From Candidatus Ratteibacteria bacterium (GTDB lineage: Bacteria; Ratteibacteria; UBA8468; B48-G9; DTJG01): a stretch of 30,577 bases of DNA. The position numbers and the translations under genes were made by a program. This document shows, piece by piece, positions 1 through 9,773 of this stretch (position 1 is the stretch's first letter; the number at the start of each line of letters is the position of its first letter). Below the pieces are notes generated by a model. It saw nothing but the letters and a program-made list of their open reading frames with translations, was not told the DNA's origin and did no database searches. The DNA is taken from NCBI GenBank assembly GCA_049971295.1, contig JBMFLH010000014.1, forward strand, positions 1-30,577, read 5' to 3'.

Positions 1-1215
1 GGGACAAAATTTGTAAGTATCACAGGTGCGGTGAGAAGGCCTGCAATATATGAAATGACAGAACCTCTTTCTCTGAAAACATTAATTGAGTATGCAGGGG
101 GCTTTCTGCCAGAGGCTGATACGAAAAGAATTGCAATATTCCGAAACGATGCTGTTGTTGGAAGAAAAATCATAGACATTTTTCCACAAATGGAGAAACA
201 GGATGTTGTTGAAAAGTTTTTCCTCAATGACGGCGACCAGGTTGAAGTTTCGTTTATCAGCAAGGATGTTATTGATTGTGTTTTCGTTGAAGGAGTGATA
301 AAAAATCCCGGTAAGTATGGATGGAAACAGGGCTTAACGGTTTCTGATATTGTGAAGGAGTCTGATTTTCTTCCTGAAACAAGTCAGGAGCAAGCTGAAA
401 TTATCAGGGAAAGTGCATCCGGTGCAAGAGAAATTATTCAATTTTCGCTTTTAGATGCCGTAAGAAAAATTAAGGATATAGAGCTGAAATCAAGGGATAG
501 AATCGTCATAAGGTCAAAACAGCAGCCAGTGAAAACTGTAACTGTTTCAGGCGAGGTAAAATTTCCTGGTCAGTATGTGATTTATCCAGGAGAGAAATTA
601 AGCAGTGTCATTCAGCGAGCAGGTGGTTTTACTCCTCAGGCATGTCTGCCAGCTGCTGTGTTCACAAGGGTATCAGTCAGACAGAGAGAAAAACAGGAAC
701 TTGAAAAGTTTATTATGGAAAAACAGGCAACGATTGAAAAAGAAGCAGGAAGAACAGAAAGCGAAGAAGAGAAAGCCCTGATTGAAAAAAGCAAAACACT
801 TCTTCAGCAGCTTGCCCAGACACCTGTGACAGGAAGGATTGTTGTCAATCTTGAACCCTGGGAAAAATTTGCTGGTTCAGAGTCAGATTTGACACTGGAA
901 AACGGGGATTCCATACACATTCCGACAAAACCAACAATTGTGAGTGTCGTTGGAGAGGTTAATCATTCCACAAATATACTGTATAGGCCAGAAGCAGATA
1001 TTAAGTATTACATTGAGAAAGCGGGTTCTTTTACGAAAAATGCTGACACAAAAAACATTTTTATCGTAAAGGTTAATGGTAGTGCAACGAACAATTTAAA
1101 AAAGATTGATCCTGGTGATGTCATCGTTGTTGGATTTCTGGCAAAAGACAGGCCTGGAAAAATTTTCAAAGACATTTTGCAGGCACTTTATTACGTAAAA
1201 ATGATCATTGACTGA
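1..1215 (+). CDS. Polysaccharide export protein with multiple SLBB domains (Wza/KpsD-like), 5'-truncated by the window
   Basis: Frame is open from base 1 (GTKFVSITGAVRRP). Repeated SLBB motifs: V.V.GEVKFPGQY, AGGF, VSVVGEVNH, IDPGDVIVV. The next gene is Wzz-like. Confidence 0.85.
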   Translation, partial: GTKFVSITGAVRRPAIYEMTEPLSLKTLIEYAGGFLPEADTKRIAIFRNDAVVGRKIIDIFPQMEKQDVVEKFFLNDGDQVEVSFISKDVIDCVFVEGVIKNPGKYGWKQGLTVSDIVKESDFLPETSQEQAEIIRESASGAREIIQFSLLDAVRKIKDIELKSRDRIVIRSKQQPVKTVTVSGEVKFPGQYVIYPGEKLSSVIQRAGGFTPQACLPAAVFTRVSVRQREKQELEKFIMEKQATIEKEAGRTESEEEKALIEKSKTLLQQLAQTPVTGRIVVNLEPWEKFAGSESDLTLENGDSIHIPTKPTIVSVVGEVNHSTNILYRPEADIKYYIEKAGSFTKNADTKNIFIVKVNGSATNNLKKIDPGDVIVVGFLAKDRPGKIFKDILQALYYVKMIID

Positions 1216-2246
1216 TGGAAAAAACAACGCGAAATCAACGGGTGGTTTCAAGTTTCAAAAGGCACCTGCTATTGCTTACACTTTCTCTGATACTGGGTGT
1301 ATTGCTCGGGATACTTTATTACCTTATTTCACCAAAGTATTATAAAGCCACAGCAGCAATTTTAAAACCCATTGGTAGCTTGGAAGGACTGGATGTATCC
1401 ACGAAAACAAAAACAACTGAGAGACAGGATACAGGCACTGAACTTTTTATGTCCATTTTAACCAGCAGAAGAATGTTTGACGACATAATCACAAAGTTCA
1501 ATCTGTGTTCTGTATACGGTATTTCCAATGTTGACAAGGTGAGAGAAATCCTTCAGGCAAGTTGCAACATTTCTGCGTCAGGGCAGAGGGTCATATCAAT
1601 AAGCGTGATTAACAGGGACCCAAAAATGGCAGCAGACATGGCGAATTTTTTCTGGTTAAATCTCGATAAACTTCTTCAGGAAATGACCATTACTACAGCA
1701 AAAAAGAACAGATTGTTTATAGAAGAGCGACTGGCAAGCACAGGTAGAATATTGAATCAGCTTCAGGAACAACTCAACCAGCTTCAACAATCAAACAAAC
1801 TTCTTGCAATCAAGGATACAGGAGAAATCAGCGCCCTTGCCACTGATTTGATGACAAAACTTTCAGAAAAAAAACTTGAACTTGAAAGACGAAAAAGGAT
1901 TTATCAACCAGATCAACCAGAGATTGTGTTGCTCGGTGCAGAAATAAGAGATTTGCAAAAAGAACTTGACCGGCTGACAAGTTATCAAACGAAACTGACT
2001 CAAATCCTCAGGGAATTAAAGGCACAGGAGAGTTTGTATTCATTTCTCACAGCACAACTCGAAAGCGCAAAACTGGAAGAAACAAAAGACACGCCATTCA
2101 TTCAGGTTCTTGATACTGCTGTTGTCCCGCAAAAGGTCTATAGCCCTGACATCAAAAAAATTCTTATCGTGATTGTTGGAATAATTGTTGGGGTGGGAAT
2201 TATTGTGTTATTTTTTGATTTGTTGAGATTCCTTGGAAGCATATAA
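1215..2246 (+). CDS. Polysaccharide co-polymerase / chain-length determinant (Wzz/Wzc N-terminal-like, no kinase domain)
   Basis: N- and C-terminal TM helices, PKYYKATAAI motif, coiled-coil middle, IQVLDTAVVPQKVYSP motif. TGATG overlap with the upstream gene. Confidence 0.85.
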   Translation: MEKTTRNQRVVSSFKRHLLLLTLSLILGVLLGILYYLISPKYYKATAAILKPIGSLEGLDVSTKTKTTERQDTGTELFMSILTSRRMFDDIITKFNLCSVYGISNVDKVREILQASCNISASGQRVISISVINRDPKMAADMANFFWLNLDKLLQEMTITTAKKNRLFIEERLASTGRILNQLQEQLNQLQQSNKLLAIKDTGEISALATDLMTKLSEKKLELERRKRIYQPDQPEIVLLGAEIRDLQKELDRLTSYQTKLTQILRELKAQESLYSFLTAQLESAKLEETKDTPFIQVLDTAVVPQKVYSPDIKKILIVIVGIIVGVGIIVLFFDLLRFLGSI

Positions 2247-2250
2247 AGAC

Positions 2251-3777
2251 ATGGAAAAAGAAGTTTATCAGGTTCTTGCGCGCAAGTACAGACCTCGCAC
2301 ATTTGCAGAAATTGCAGGGCAACAGACCATTGTAAAAAAACTTCAACAGGCAATATCAAGCAAAAGAATCCCTCATGCTTTTTTGTTCGCTGGTCCAAGA
2401 GGGGTGGGAAAAACCACCATTGCCCGCATTTTTGCAAGAGCACTAAACTGCGTGGAAGGACCTGCTATTGAACCTTGCAACAGGTGCGTGTTCTGCATGG
2501 AGATTTATCAGGGCACCTCAATGGATTTTCTTGAAATCGATGGCGCATCGAACCGTGGTATTGAAGAAATCAGGTCTCTCAGAGAAGCAGTGTCATTAAG
2601 ACCAGCAAAGGCTCGGTTCAGAATATACCTGATAGATGAGGTTCACATGCTTACCAATGAAGCATTCAATGCCCTGCTGAAAACCCTTGAGGAACCTCCT
2701 GATTACGCAAAATTTATTTTCGCAACGACTGCACCTGAAAAAATTCCGCCTACGATTACTTCCAGATGCCAGCGATATGACTTCAAGAGTCTGGATGACA
2801 AAGAAATATCCATGATGGTAAGGCGGGTTGTTGAAAATGAGGGATACACCATTGAACCGGATGCAATGAAAAAATTGATAGAGTCAGGCGCAGGTTCTAT
2901 GAGAGATATTCTTGGCTATCTTGACCAGGTCATTGTTCTGTCAAATACCAGTAATATCACACAGGACCTTGTGTCAGAAGTACTTGGGATTGCCTCTGGC
3001 GAAAGTGTATGGGAACTGCTCAAAATTATTGCCAGTGGAGATGTAAAACAAGCCATTCTTTATCTTCACAGTATTATTGGTCAGGGCAAGGATATTGCAA
3101 ACCTGCTTACTGCTATGGCGAGAAAAATTCAACTGGTCATCTGGAATCAATACGGCATCGTATCGTCTGACGAGGAAATAGATAGGAAAAACATAGAATT
3201 ACTCAGCAGTGTTCCTGTGGAAAAGTTTATCAAGGCACTTGAATCAGTAATGCAAACAAAAGAAAAAATCAGGTATGAACCACTGGAGATGGTCCTTGCA
3301 GAACTACTCTGTTTCAATCTTGTGGAAATTTTAAAAACGCCTGCTGTAAAACCAGAAAAACCTGTTATGGAAGTGGTAGAAAAACAGGAAAAGAAGTCTA
3401 CGCCACAGGACACATCTTCACAGGTTTCTAACCAAGATGTTCCACAGGATATTATTGAAAGTTGGAATGAGATACTGCTTAAAATAAAGAAAAATAAACC
3501 TTTGTTGTTTGCCGCGTTGAGAGAAGGGAAACTCGTTAAATGCGAAAACAACTGCATTCACATTGCATTTGCAGAAAACTTTCAGTTTTTGTGCCAGAAA
3601 GTCTTGGATAACAAGCCAGTGGTAGAAGCCATGCTTGAAAAAATACTTGGAAGCCGTTATACTATTTCCTGTTTTATTTCTGCGTCAGACAAAAAAACTC
3701 CTCTGAAGGAAAGGGCAGAAATTAAGGAAATTATTGAATTTTTCGGTGGTGGTGAAATCGTTGAAATGGAGGAATAA
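2251..3777 (+). CDS. dnaX: DNA polymerase III subunit gamma/tau
   Basis: YQVLARKYRP, Walker A GPRGVGKTT, Zn cluster CNRCVFC, EIDGASN, DEVHML, SRC. ATG at 2251 preferred over the ORF-track start at 2233. Confidence 0.97.
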   Translation: MEKEVYQVLARKYRPRTFAEIAGQQTIVKKLQQAISSKRIPHAFLFAGPRGVGKTTIARIFARALNCVEGPAIEPCNRCVFCMEIYQGTSMDFLEIDGASNRGIEEIRSLREAVSLRPAKARFRIYLIDEVHMLTNEAFNALLKTLEEPPDYAKFIFATTAPEKIPPTITSRCQRYDFKSLDDKEISMMVRRVVENEGYTIEPDAMKKLIESGAGSMRDILGYLDQVIVLSNTSNITQDLVSEVLGIASGESVWELLKIIASGDVKQAILYLHSIIGQGKDIANLLTAMARKIQLVIWNQYGIVSSDEEIDRKNIELLSSVPVEKFIKALESVMQTKEKIRYEPLEMVLAELLCFNLVEILKTPAVKPEKPVMEVVEKQEKKSTPQDTSSQVSNQDVPQDIIESWNEILLKIKKNKPLLFAALREGKLVKCENNCIHIAFAENFQFLCQKVLDNKPVVEAMLEKILGSRYTISCFISASDKKTPLKERAEIKEIIEFFGGGEIVEMEE

Positions 3778-4086
3778 ATGGTAAATATGTTTGACATGTT
3801 AAAGCAGGCATCTCAGATTAGGAAACAGGCAGGCAGATTTCAGAAAATTCTTGAAAGCAAGGTGTGCGAAGTTTCTTCTCCGGATGGGACAATCAAGATG
3901 AGGGTGAACGGAAAGATGGAAATGACCTATCTTGATATTGCTCCGGAACTGTTGAGCCCTGAAAACAAGTTGAAACTTGAAAAACTTTTGCTTCAGACCT
4001 GGCAGAGAGCGCAGAAGGAAATTGAAAAAATCATTCAGGAAGAAACGAAAAACATGCTCGGGGATTTTGGAAATTTACCATTCTGA
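3778..4086 (+). CDS. ybaB: YbaB/EbfC family nucleoid-associated protein
   Basis: 102 aa, MFDMLKQA N-terminus, canonical position between dnaX and recR. Confidence 0.9.
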   Translation: MVNMFDMLKQASQIRKQAGRFQKILESKVCEVSSPDGTIKMRVNGKMEMTYLDIAPELLSPENKLKLEKLLLQTWQRAQKEIEKIIQEETKNMLGDFGNLPF

Positions 4087-4679
4087 TGGAAACATACCCT
4101 CCTTTAATCAGGGCAATTATTGAACAGTTGAAAAAATTGCCCGGAATAGGACAGAAAAGCGCAGAAAGAATTGTTGACTGTCTGATGAAAATGGAAGATA
4201 CCGAAGTTGTTGCCCTTGCTGACAACCTGAAAAAACTTAAACAAAACATTAGATTGTGCAAGCACTGTTTTTCAATTGCAGAAAATGAAGTGTGCGATGT
4301 GTGTAAAGACGCTTCAAGAGAGAAAAAACTGGCAGTTGTTGAAGAATACAAGGACGCAGTGGCTCTTGAAAAAGCGGGATTTCGCGGCAGGTATCATATT
4401 CTTGGCGGCAGAATCAATCCTCTTGAAAAAATCGGCCCTGAAAATCTTTCCATCGATCACTTGCTGGAGCGGCTCAAAAAAGAGCAGTTTGATGAAATTA
4501 TCATAGCGACTAACCCAACTCCAGAAGGCGAAAGTACCGCCATGTACCTTATTGAACTTCTCAAGAAACAATCATATCCCGTCACGCGTCTTGCGACAGG
4601 TATTCCTGTGGGAGCAGAAATAGAATACTTGGATCCTGAAACAATAAAAAAATCTTTTGAACACAGGTTCAAGCCATAA
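4086..4679 (+). CDS. recR: Recombination mediator RecR
   Basis: LPGIGQKSAERI helix-hairpin-helix, C4 zinc finger CKHC..CDVC, Toprim motif IIATNPTPEGESTA, GIPVG. Confidence 0.97.
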   Translation: METYPPLIRAIIEQLKKLPGIGQKSAERIVDCLMKMEDTEVVALADNLKKLKQNIRLCKHCFSIAENEVCDVCKDASREKKLAVVEEYKDAVALEKAGFRGRYHILGGRINPLEKIGPENLSIDHLLERLKKEQFDEIIIATNPTPEGESTAMYLIELLKKQSYPVTRLATGIPVGAEIEYLDPETIKKSFEHRFKP

Positions 4680-4701
4680 AATATCAGAAGCGGATACTGC
4701 G

Positions 4702-5595
4702 ATGGAATATGTTGTTTATAGATTTTTTGGTTTCCTTGGTATGCACCTGCCTGACTGGCTTGCCTATTTCATAGGTGATATAATTGCTGAATTAAGATAT
4801 TTTTTTACTCCTGGCTTGAGGAAAATTGTCAGAACAAACATAAAACAGATTCTCACTTATAAATCACAGATTGAGCATTTTCGGTTTGATGAACAATATC
4901 TTCGGAAAACAGTAAAAAAAATATACAAAAATTTCGGAATGTACATGGTGGAATTTTTCCAGATTCCAAAATGGGACAGGCGCTGGGTAGAAGAAAAGGT
5001 TGAACTTGTCAATATTCATTATCTTGACCAGGCGCTAAAACGGTCAAAGGGCGCTATCGTTCTAACAGGACATCTTGGAAACTGGGAACTTGCCGGCATT
5101 GTTACAAGTCTCCTTGGATACAATCTATCTGCTGTTGCGCTGCCCTTTAGAAATGAAAAAATGGCGACAATTTTCGTCAGAAGAAGAAAGTCAAAAGGCG
5201 TCCATGTAATACTTACAGGAGCCAATCCAAAAGAATACCTCAGGGCATTCAGAGAAAATAGCGTCATTGCAATTCTCGGAGACCGTCTCTTCACAGAAAA
5301 AGGTATGCGGGTAAAATTTATGGGGAAAGAAACTTTTCTTCCAAGAGGACCTGCAACGCTGGCTGCAAAATGGAATGCGAGTTATCTGGTAGGTTTTTTG
5401 ATAAGAAAGAAGAAAGGAAAATACATGCTGATTTTTGACAAACCAATTGAAATTGATTGTGAAGACGAAAATCAAAAGGTTCAGTATCTTTTTGAAAAAG
5501 GCACAGAATATCTTGAAAAATATATTCTGAAATACCATGACCAGTGGTTGAACTTTTCTCAAATGTGGAATAATGCAGGAAAGGAGGAGCAATGA
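4702..5595 (+). CDS. Lipid A biosynthesis / lysophospholipid acyltransferase family protein (LpxL-like)
   Basis: GHLGNWE motif, ILGDR, VKFMG, GPATLA, DQWL. ATG at 4702 avoids the overlap with recR. Confidence 0.85.
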   Translation: MEYVVYRFFGFLGMHLPDWLAYFIGDIIAELRYFFTPGLRKIVRTNIKQILTYKSQIEHFRFDEQYLRKTVKKIYKNFGMYMVEFFQIPKWDRRWVEEKVELVNIHYLDQALKRSKGAIVLTGHLGNWELAGIVTSLLGYNLSAVALPFRNEKMATIFVRRRKSKGVHVILTGANPKEYLRAFRENSVIAILGDRLFTEKGMRVKFMGKETFLPRGPATLAAKWNASYLVGFLIRKKKGKYMLIFDKPIEIDCEDENQKVQYLFEKGTEYLEKYILKYHDQWLNFSQMWNNAGKEEQ

Positions 5596-8555
5596 TAAAG
5601 ACATTTATTCTGCTTTCTATATTTTTGTCTTTGGGTGTGGGCTATGCTGGTATTCATCCAGCAACAAAATTCAGGACTGCAAATGAACCCGTCATTGCAT
5701 GTCCGGACGGCACGATTTTTTGTGAGGCTGAAGAATTTACGGTCATTAAAGGCGCATGGCAGGCAAAACCATGGGGAGAAAACTATTTTGCAGCAACATT
5801 TGCCAATACCTTTCTTTCAAGGAAAGCGTTTCTCGGAGTACCAGAGCAATGCGAAGAGTCTATCGCTACCATCAATGCAAAAATTGATAAGGCAGGCGAG
5901 TATCTTGTTCTTGTGAGATATGAAGCACCTTACAGATTTGAAACGCAGTTTCGCATAAGAATTGAGCAAAATGGAAAAATTTTAATGGATAAACTTTATG
6001 GGGCAAGAGACAATCTGAAAATATGGGCTTTTGGACAGAAATTGAAAAAAGAAGTCGCATGGAGCTGGGGAGCAGTGGAAAATATCGTTTGGGAAGGCCA
6101 TGACGCTGCTGTGCAATTACAACCAGGGATTATAAACATTTCACTGATTGCGGGAAATCAACCAGAGCCAGCAGCAAAGAGAAATATAGATGTCATTATG
6201 CTTACCACAGATAGACAGCAGGTGAACATGAGAATAGAAAAAGAGGGATATCTGCCCCTTGATGGATGGCTGACACAGGCAGGCGATGTGTGGATAAAGA
6301 TAAAAAATACCTCAACAGAAAAAATTGCTGTAACTGGCGGCCGCTTCCAGGAACATTCTCCATACTGGGTTCATCTGCGGAACTGGAAGCCAGTTAATGT
6401 TTCTGTGGAACCAGGGCAGCAAACTGACTGGATTGAAGTAGGTTCAACCATGGATACACTTAATGATGGCCAATGGGGTTTCAATGTCACAGGAGCATGT
6501 GTCATTGAGTTTGGTGTAAGAAATGCGACAGGAAACATTGAAAAAATCAGGGAGTTTCATTTAACTGGCGCTCAGGAACTTCGTCTTGTTGGTCTTGCTG
6601 ACACAAGATATTCAAGAACAATCCAAACAGAAAAAGAGGCACTTGGAGACCTCCTCGAAAATCTCAAAAAAATCAAAACACATGGAAAGACGCCTGAACA
6701 AACATTGATTTTTGCTGGAACAAAAATCAAAGAGTTTGCACAATTATTCGGACTTGCAACAGAATCTGATATTTATGTTGATTGGAGAGAGAAAAATCCT
6801 GCACAACTTGAAAATATCTGCACATCCCTTACCAGTCAGCAAAGGGAAAAGATCCAGGTTGTGAGTCTGGGTGATGAAATCGGTCTTCCTGCGCCTGATA
6901 CCAGATCAGCAAAGGAAGGGTTTGTTGAATATCTGAAGAAGCACCAGGTCAATCCCAGGGATATCGAGCCGCAGGGCAACTGGGAAAATATCGTGTATAA
7001 TCCTGACCCGAAAATGAAAACTGAAAATCCCGCATTGTATTATTGGTCAAAAAGATACCAGCATGATTATGGAATACTGGCAATCAAGCAATTGACAGAT
7101 ACTTTAAGAAAATATCTTCCCAATGCAGGAATTGGAGCAAATTTCTCGCCACATCATGGAGGATACCAGCACTCATATCTTGGTGAGGTATTTCAATGGA
7201 TTAATTGTTTCAGGGAAGACGGCCTTACAATGCCATGGTCAGAAGATTATATCTGGCAAATTCCTGTTGGTAGCCCTCAAATGAACGAAATCAACCTTGA
7301 CCTTTTCAGGGCAGGTATCAGAGGAAAACCAGAGAGAAAAATACATTACTATGTGATGCCTCACTGGCCAGGCAATACCCCGAATATGTGGAAACGGCAG
7401 TTTTATGCTGCGCTTGCTCATGGCGCAAAAATCATTAATCTTTTTGAGTTTCAACCTGTGTATATGGCATATACTGAAAATCATGTTTCAAGTTTTGATA
7501 TGTACGCGATGGTACTCAAAAGTTTCAAAGAGTATGGGCTCTTTGAGGACATCGTACAACAGGGCAGTGTTCGAGAATCAGATGCAGGTATGTGGTTCAG
7601 TGAAACTGCTGACATCTGGTCAGACAATGCTGGCTCTTTTGCGGCAGCAAAGCGAGCTCTATACGTTGCGATAAGAAATAATCAGATTCCACTGGATTTT
7701 ATTGTAGAACAGGATGCCTTTGATGGAACTATTAACAAATACAGAACACTATTCATTACTGACAGACATATTTCTTTACCTGCTTCACAAAGAATTGAAC
7801 AATGGGTAACAAATGGTGGAACTTTATTTATGACAGCGGGCGCGGGAATGTTTGACCAGTACAACAGGAAAAACGCAATATTTAACAGGATGCTTGGCTT
7901 TGAGCAGATAGAAATCTTAGAACCAGAATATAGCAGAATTGAGTTCATTAAACAGGACCTTCCCTTTGCAAAACCTGCTGGCGAAATTGTTGAAGTGGAC
8001 GGAAAAAGAGTTTCTATTCCAGTATTTGGAGCGATCGCAAAAATTCAGCCGAACAATGTGTCAATTAAAGGAAAGTTCTCTGATGGTTCTCCAGCAGTGA
8101 TTGAGGTAAAAAGGGGAAAGGGAAGAATCATCTATTGCGCATTTCTTCCTGGCTTGAGTTATTTCAAACCAGCAATACCTTTGAAACCTGTGGACAGAGG
8201 TTCAACAGACGATGCAATGGCTCATTTTATTCCGGTTGATTTTGAAAAAAATATTGGAGAACTGATAACATCAGCGTATTCTGGAAATGCGCCTGTTTTT
8301 GTGAAAGAAACAACCGGGAATCCTATAGGATTTATTGAAACAACAGTGATTGAGTCAAAAAATGGAATTGTAATACCGGTGATCAACTGGAGCACAAAGA
8401 ATGTTTCTGAAGCTGTGTTTGAAATCAGATTGAATCTGAAGAATAAAAAAATATCCCTTGCCAGCGGAAAACCGATTAAGTCAGTGGTAATCAATCAGGA
8501 CAAAGCAGAAATAGAATTTGATGTTGAGCTGGCAGACGCGATCATAATAAGATAA
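5592..8555 (+). CDS. Large secreted glycoside-hydrolase-like protein (GH42-like barrel with beta-galactosidase trimerisation-type C-terminal domain)
   Basis: Signal peptide, SD AAGGAGGA. Candidate catalytic SLGDEI and WSEDY, ALAHGAK. C-terminal pattern IPLDFI..KYRTLFI..IEQWVTNGGTL..GKGRIIY typical of the GH42 trimerisation domain. Confidence 0.6.
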   Translation: MIKTFILLSIFLSLGVGYAGIHPATKFRTANEPVIACPDGTIFCEAEEFTVIKGAWQAKPWGENYFAATFANTFLSRKAFLGVPEQCEESIATINAKIDKAGEYLVLVRYEAPYRFETQFRIRIEQNGKILMDKLYGARDNLKIWAFGQKLKKEVAWSWGAVENIVWEGHDAAVQLQPGIINISLIAGNQPEPAAKRNIDVIMLTTDRQQVNMRIEKEGYLPLDGWLTQAGDVWIKIKNTSTEKIAVTGGRFQEHSPYWVHLRNWKPVNVSVEPGQQTDWIEVGSTMDTLNDGQWGFNVTGACVIEFGVRNATGNIEKIREFHLTGAQELRLVGLADTRYSRTIQTEKEALGDLLENLKKIKTHGKTPEQTLIFAGTKIKEFAQLFGLATESDIYVDWREKNPAQLENICTSLTSQQREKIQVVSLGDEIGLPAPDTRSAKEGFVEYLKKHQVNPRDIEPQGNWENIVYNPDPKMKTENPALYYWSKRYQHDYGILAIKQLTDTLRKYLPNAGIGANFSPHHGGYQHSYLGEVFQWINCFREDGLTMPWSEDYIWQIPVGSPQMNEINLDLFRAGIRGKPERKIHYYVMPHWPGNTPNMWKRQFYAALAHGAKIINLFEFQPVYMAYTENHVSSFDMYAMVLKSFKEYGLFEDIVQQGSVRESDAGMWFSETADIWSDNAGSFAAAKRALYVAIRNNQIPLDFIVEQDAFDGTINKYRTLFITDRHISLPASQRIEQWVTNGGTLFMTAGAGMFDQYNRKNAIFNRMLGFEQIEILEPEYSRIEFIKQDLPFAKPAGEIVEVDGKRVSIPVFGAIAKIQPNNVSIKGKFSDGSPAVIEVKRGKGRIIYCAFLPGLSYFKPAIPLKPVDRGSTDDAMAHFIPVDFEKNIGELITSAYSGNAPVFVKETTGNPIGFIETTVIESKNGIVIPVINWSTKNVSEAVFEIRLNLKNKKISLASGKPIKSVVINQDKAEIEFDVELADAIIIR

Positions 8556-8567
8556 AAAGGAGTTCTG

Positions 8568-9761
8568 ATGTGGTACGACAGTAATCAGTATCAAAGTTTT
8601 GTAATGCCTGATCCAATTAACGATGCATCAGAGGAAGCAAAAAGAATTAATGCAGATCGGCACTATTATCTTGAAATGGGTATCGAAAGAATTATTGCTG
8701 ATGCACCGCACGTTGAAAAAAAACAACTAATCCGGCAGGTAGAGAATTTTTATAAAGAGGCAATGTCGAAAACCCCCTCATTTGTAAAGTATCCAGAAGC
8801 AAAGGCATGGGTGGACTATGTTATAAAACGAGACAGAAAACTGATGGATCTGGCACATTTAACTATTCAGGAAATTGCAATACTTAGAAGTACCAATGAT
8901 TATCTGACTTTTCGCGGATATAAGGAATTTGGACTGAAAAGAACAGGTTGTGACGAAAAATGCAGGGTTGCTTTTATTCCTTACACAGATATGGGTCCCA
9001 TGCATATCAAAAATGTTGATGATCCGATTACCTGGTGGAGTCCTGCAAGGCGCCTTGCTGAAAAAGCACCGATCTCGCAGGCATTCTGGTATCATAGAAA
9101 TTTTGTGATTGATGGTGTGGGTTCAGGACTCCATATTGATGACGAACCAGAGGAAATTTTTCCATTGCCTGTACTGAAGATGGTAGACATGTACGCTTAT
9201 GATACTGATTCAGTAGTTGAATTTTTAAGAAAATACTCTGTATTCTGGGGCGGTTGCAATGTCTTAATCTACGACAAAAAATATAAAAGCGTTGCCATCG
9301 AAAAGTGCAGTAGAAATTTTTGCGAGGTCTTTGAACCTGAGGAACCCTCTCATTTTACTCATATTAGCGGCATGGTATGCAGAGATAAAAGTTCACCTCA
9401 GGCAAAATATCAAAAGAATAAAAGAATTTTGTACAGAAAGTTGTTTAATCTTCCAGATGATGGTCCTGATGCTCTATTCTGGGAAGCATGTGACCATTTG
9501 GAGCGGATATTAAGCCATGGTATTAAGAAACTGGGTAAAAGTCCATTGTCAGGAGATATCATCACACTCTTTATTACACCCTACCCTGCTGGTTTGAGAA
9601 AAGACGGATTGAAACTACATCCTCAGCAGGGACTTATTGATTATACTCTTGTTACCAATTGCGTTTTTCCTGAAAAAAAATTATACTATCGCTGGCAGAG
9701 AAGTTCTGAAAAAGATAAAGGTGTCTGGCCAGAACAGCCAGAAACCTGTCAATACGAATAA
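8568..9761 (+). CDS. Hypothetical protein, possible Ntn-hydrolase (peptidase C45 / acyltransferase-like)
   Basis: SD AAAGGAG, 397 aa. Internal CRVAFIPYTDMGPMHIKNVD resembles the Cys-nucleophile start of a C45 beta chain. Confidence 0.5.
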   Translation: MWYDSNQYQSFVMPDPINDASEEAKRINADRHYYLEMGIERIIADAPHVEKKQLIRQVENFYKEAMSKTPSFVKYPEAKAWVDYVIKRDRKLMDLAHLTIQEIAILRSTNDYLTFRGYKEFGLKRTGCDEKCRVAFIPYTDMGPMHIKNVDDPITWWSPARRLAEKAPISQAFWYHRNFVIDGVGSGLHIDDEPEEIFPLPVLKMVDMYAYDTDSVVEFLRKYSVFWGGCNVLIYDKKYKSVAIEKCSRNFCEVFEPEEPSHFTHISGMVCRDKSSPQAKYQKNKRILYRKLFNLPDDGPDALFWEACDHLERILSHGIKKLGKSPLSGDIITLFITPYPAGLRKDGLKLHPQQGLIDYTLVTNCVFPEKKLYYRWQRSSEKDKGVWPEQPETCQYE

Positions 9762-9773
9762 TCAGGAGGCAAT

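Noticed and set aside
2240..2255. SRP RNA or tRNA commonly found upstream of dnaX
   Set aside because: Only 4 nt separate the wzz-like stop from the dnaX ATG.
3300..3720. Programmed frameshift in dnaX producing gamma
   Set aside because: No in-frame A_AAA_AAG heptamer or A9 run. The A7 at 3691-3697 is in the wrong phase, close to the C-terminus, and has no evident stimulatory hairpin.
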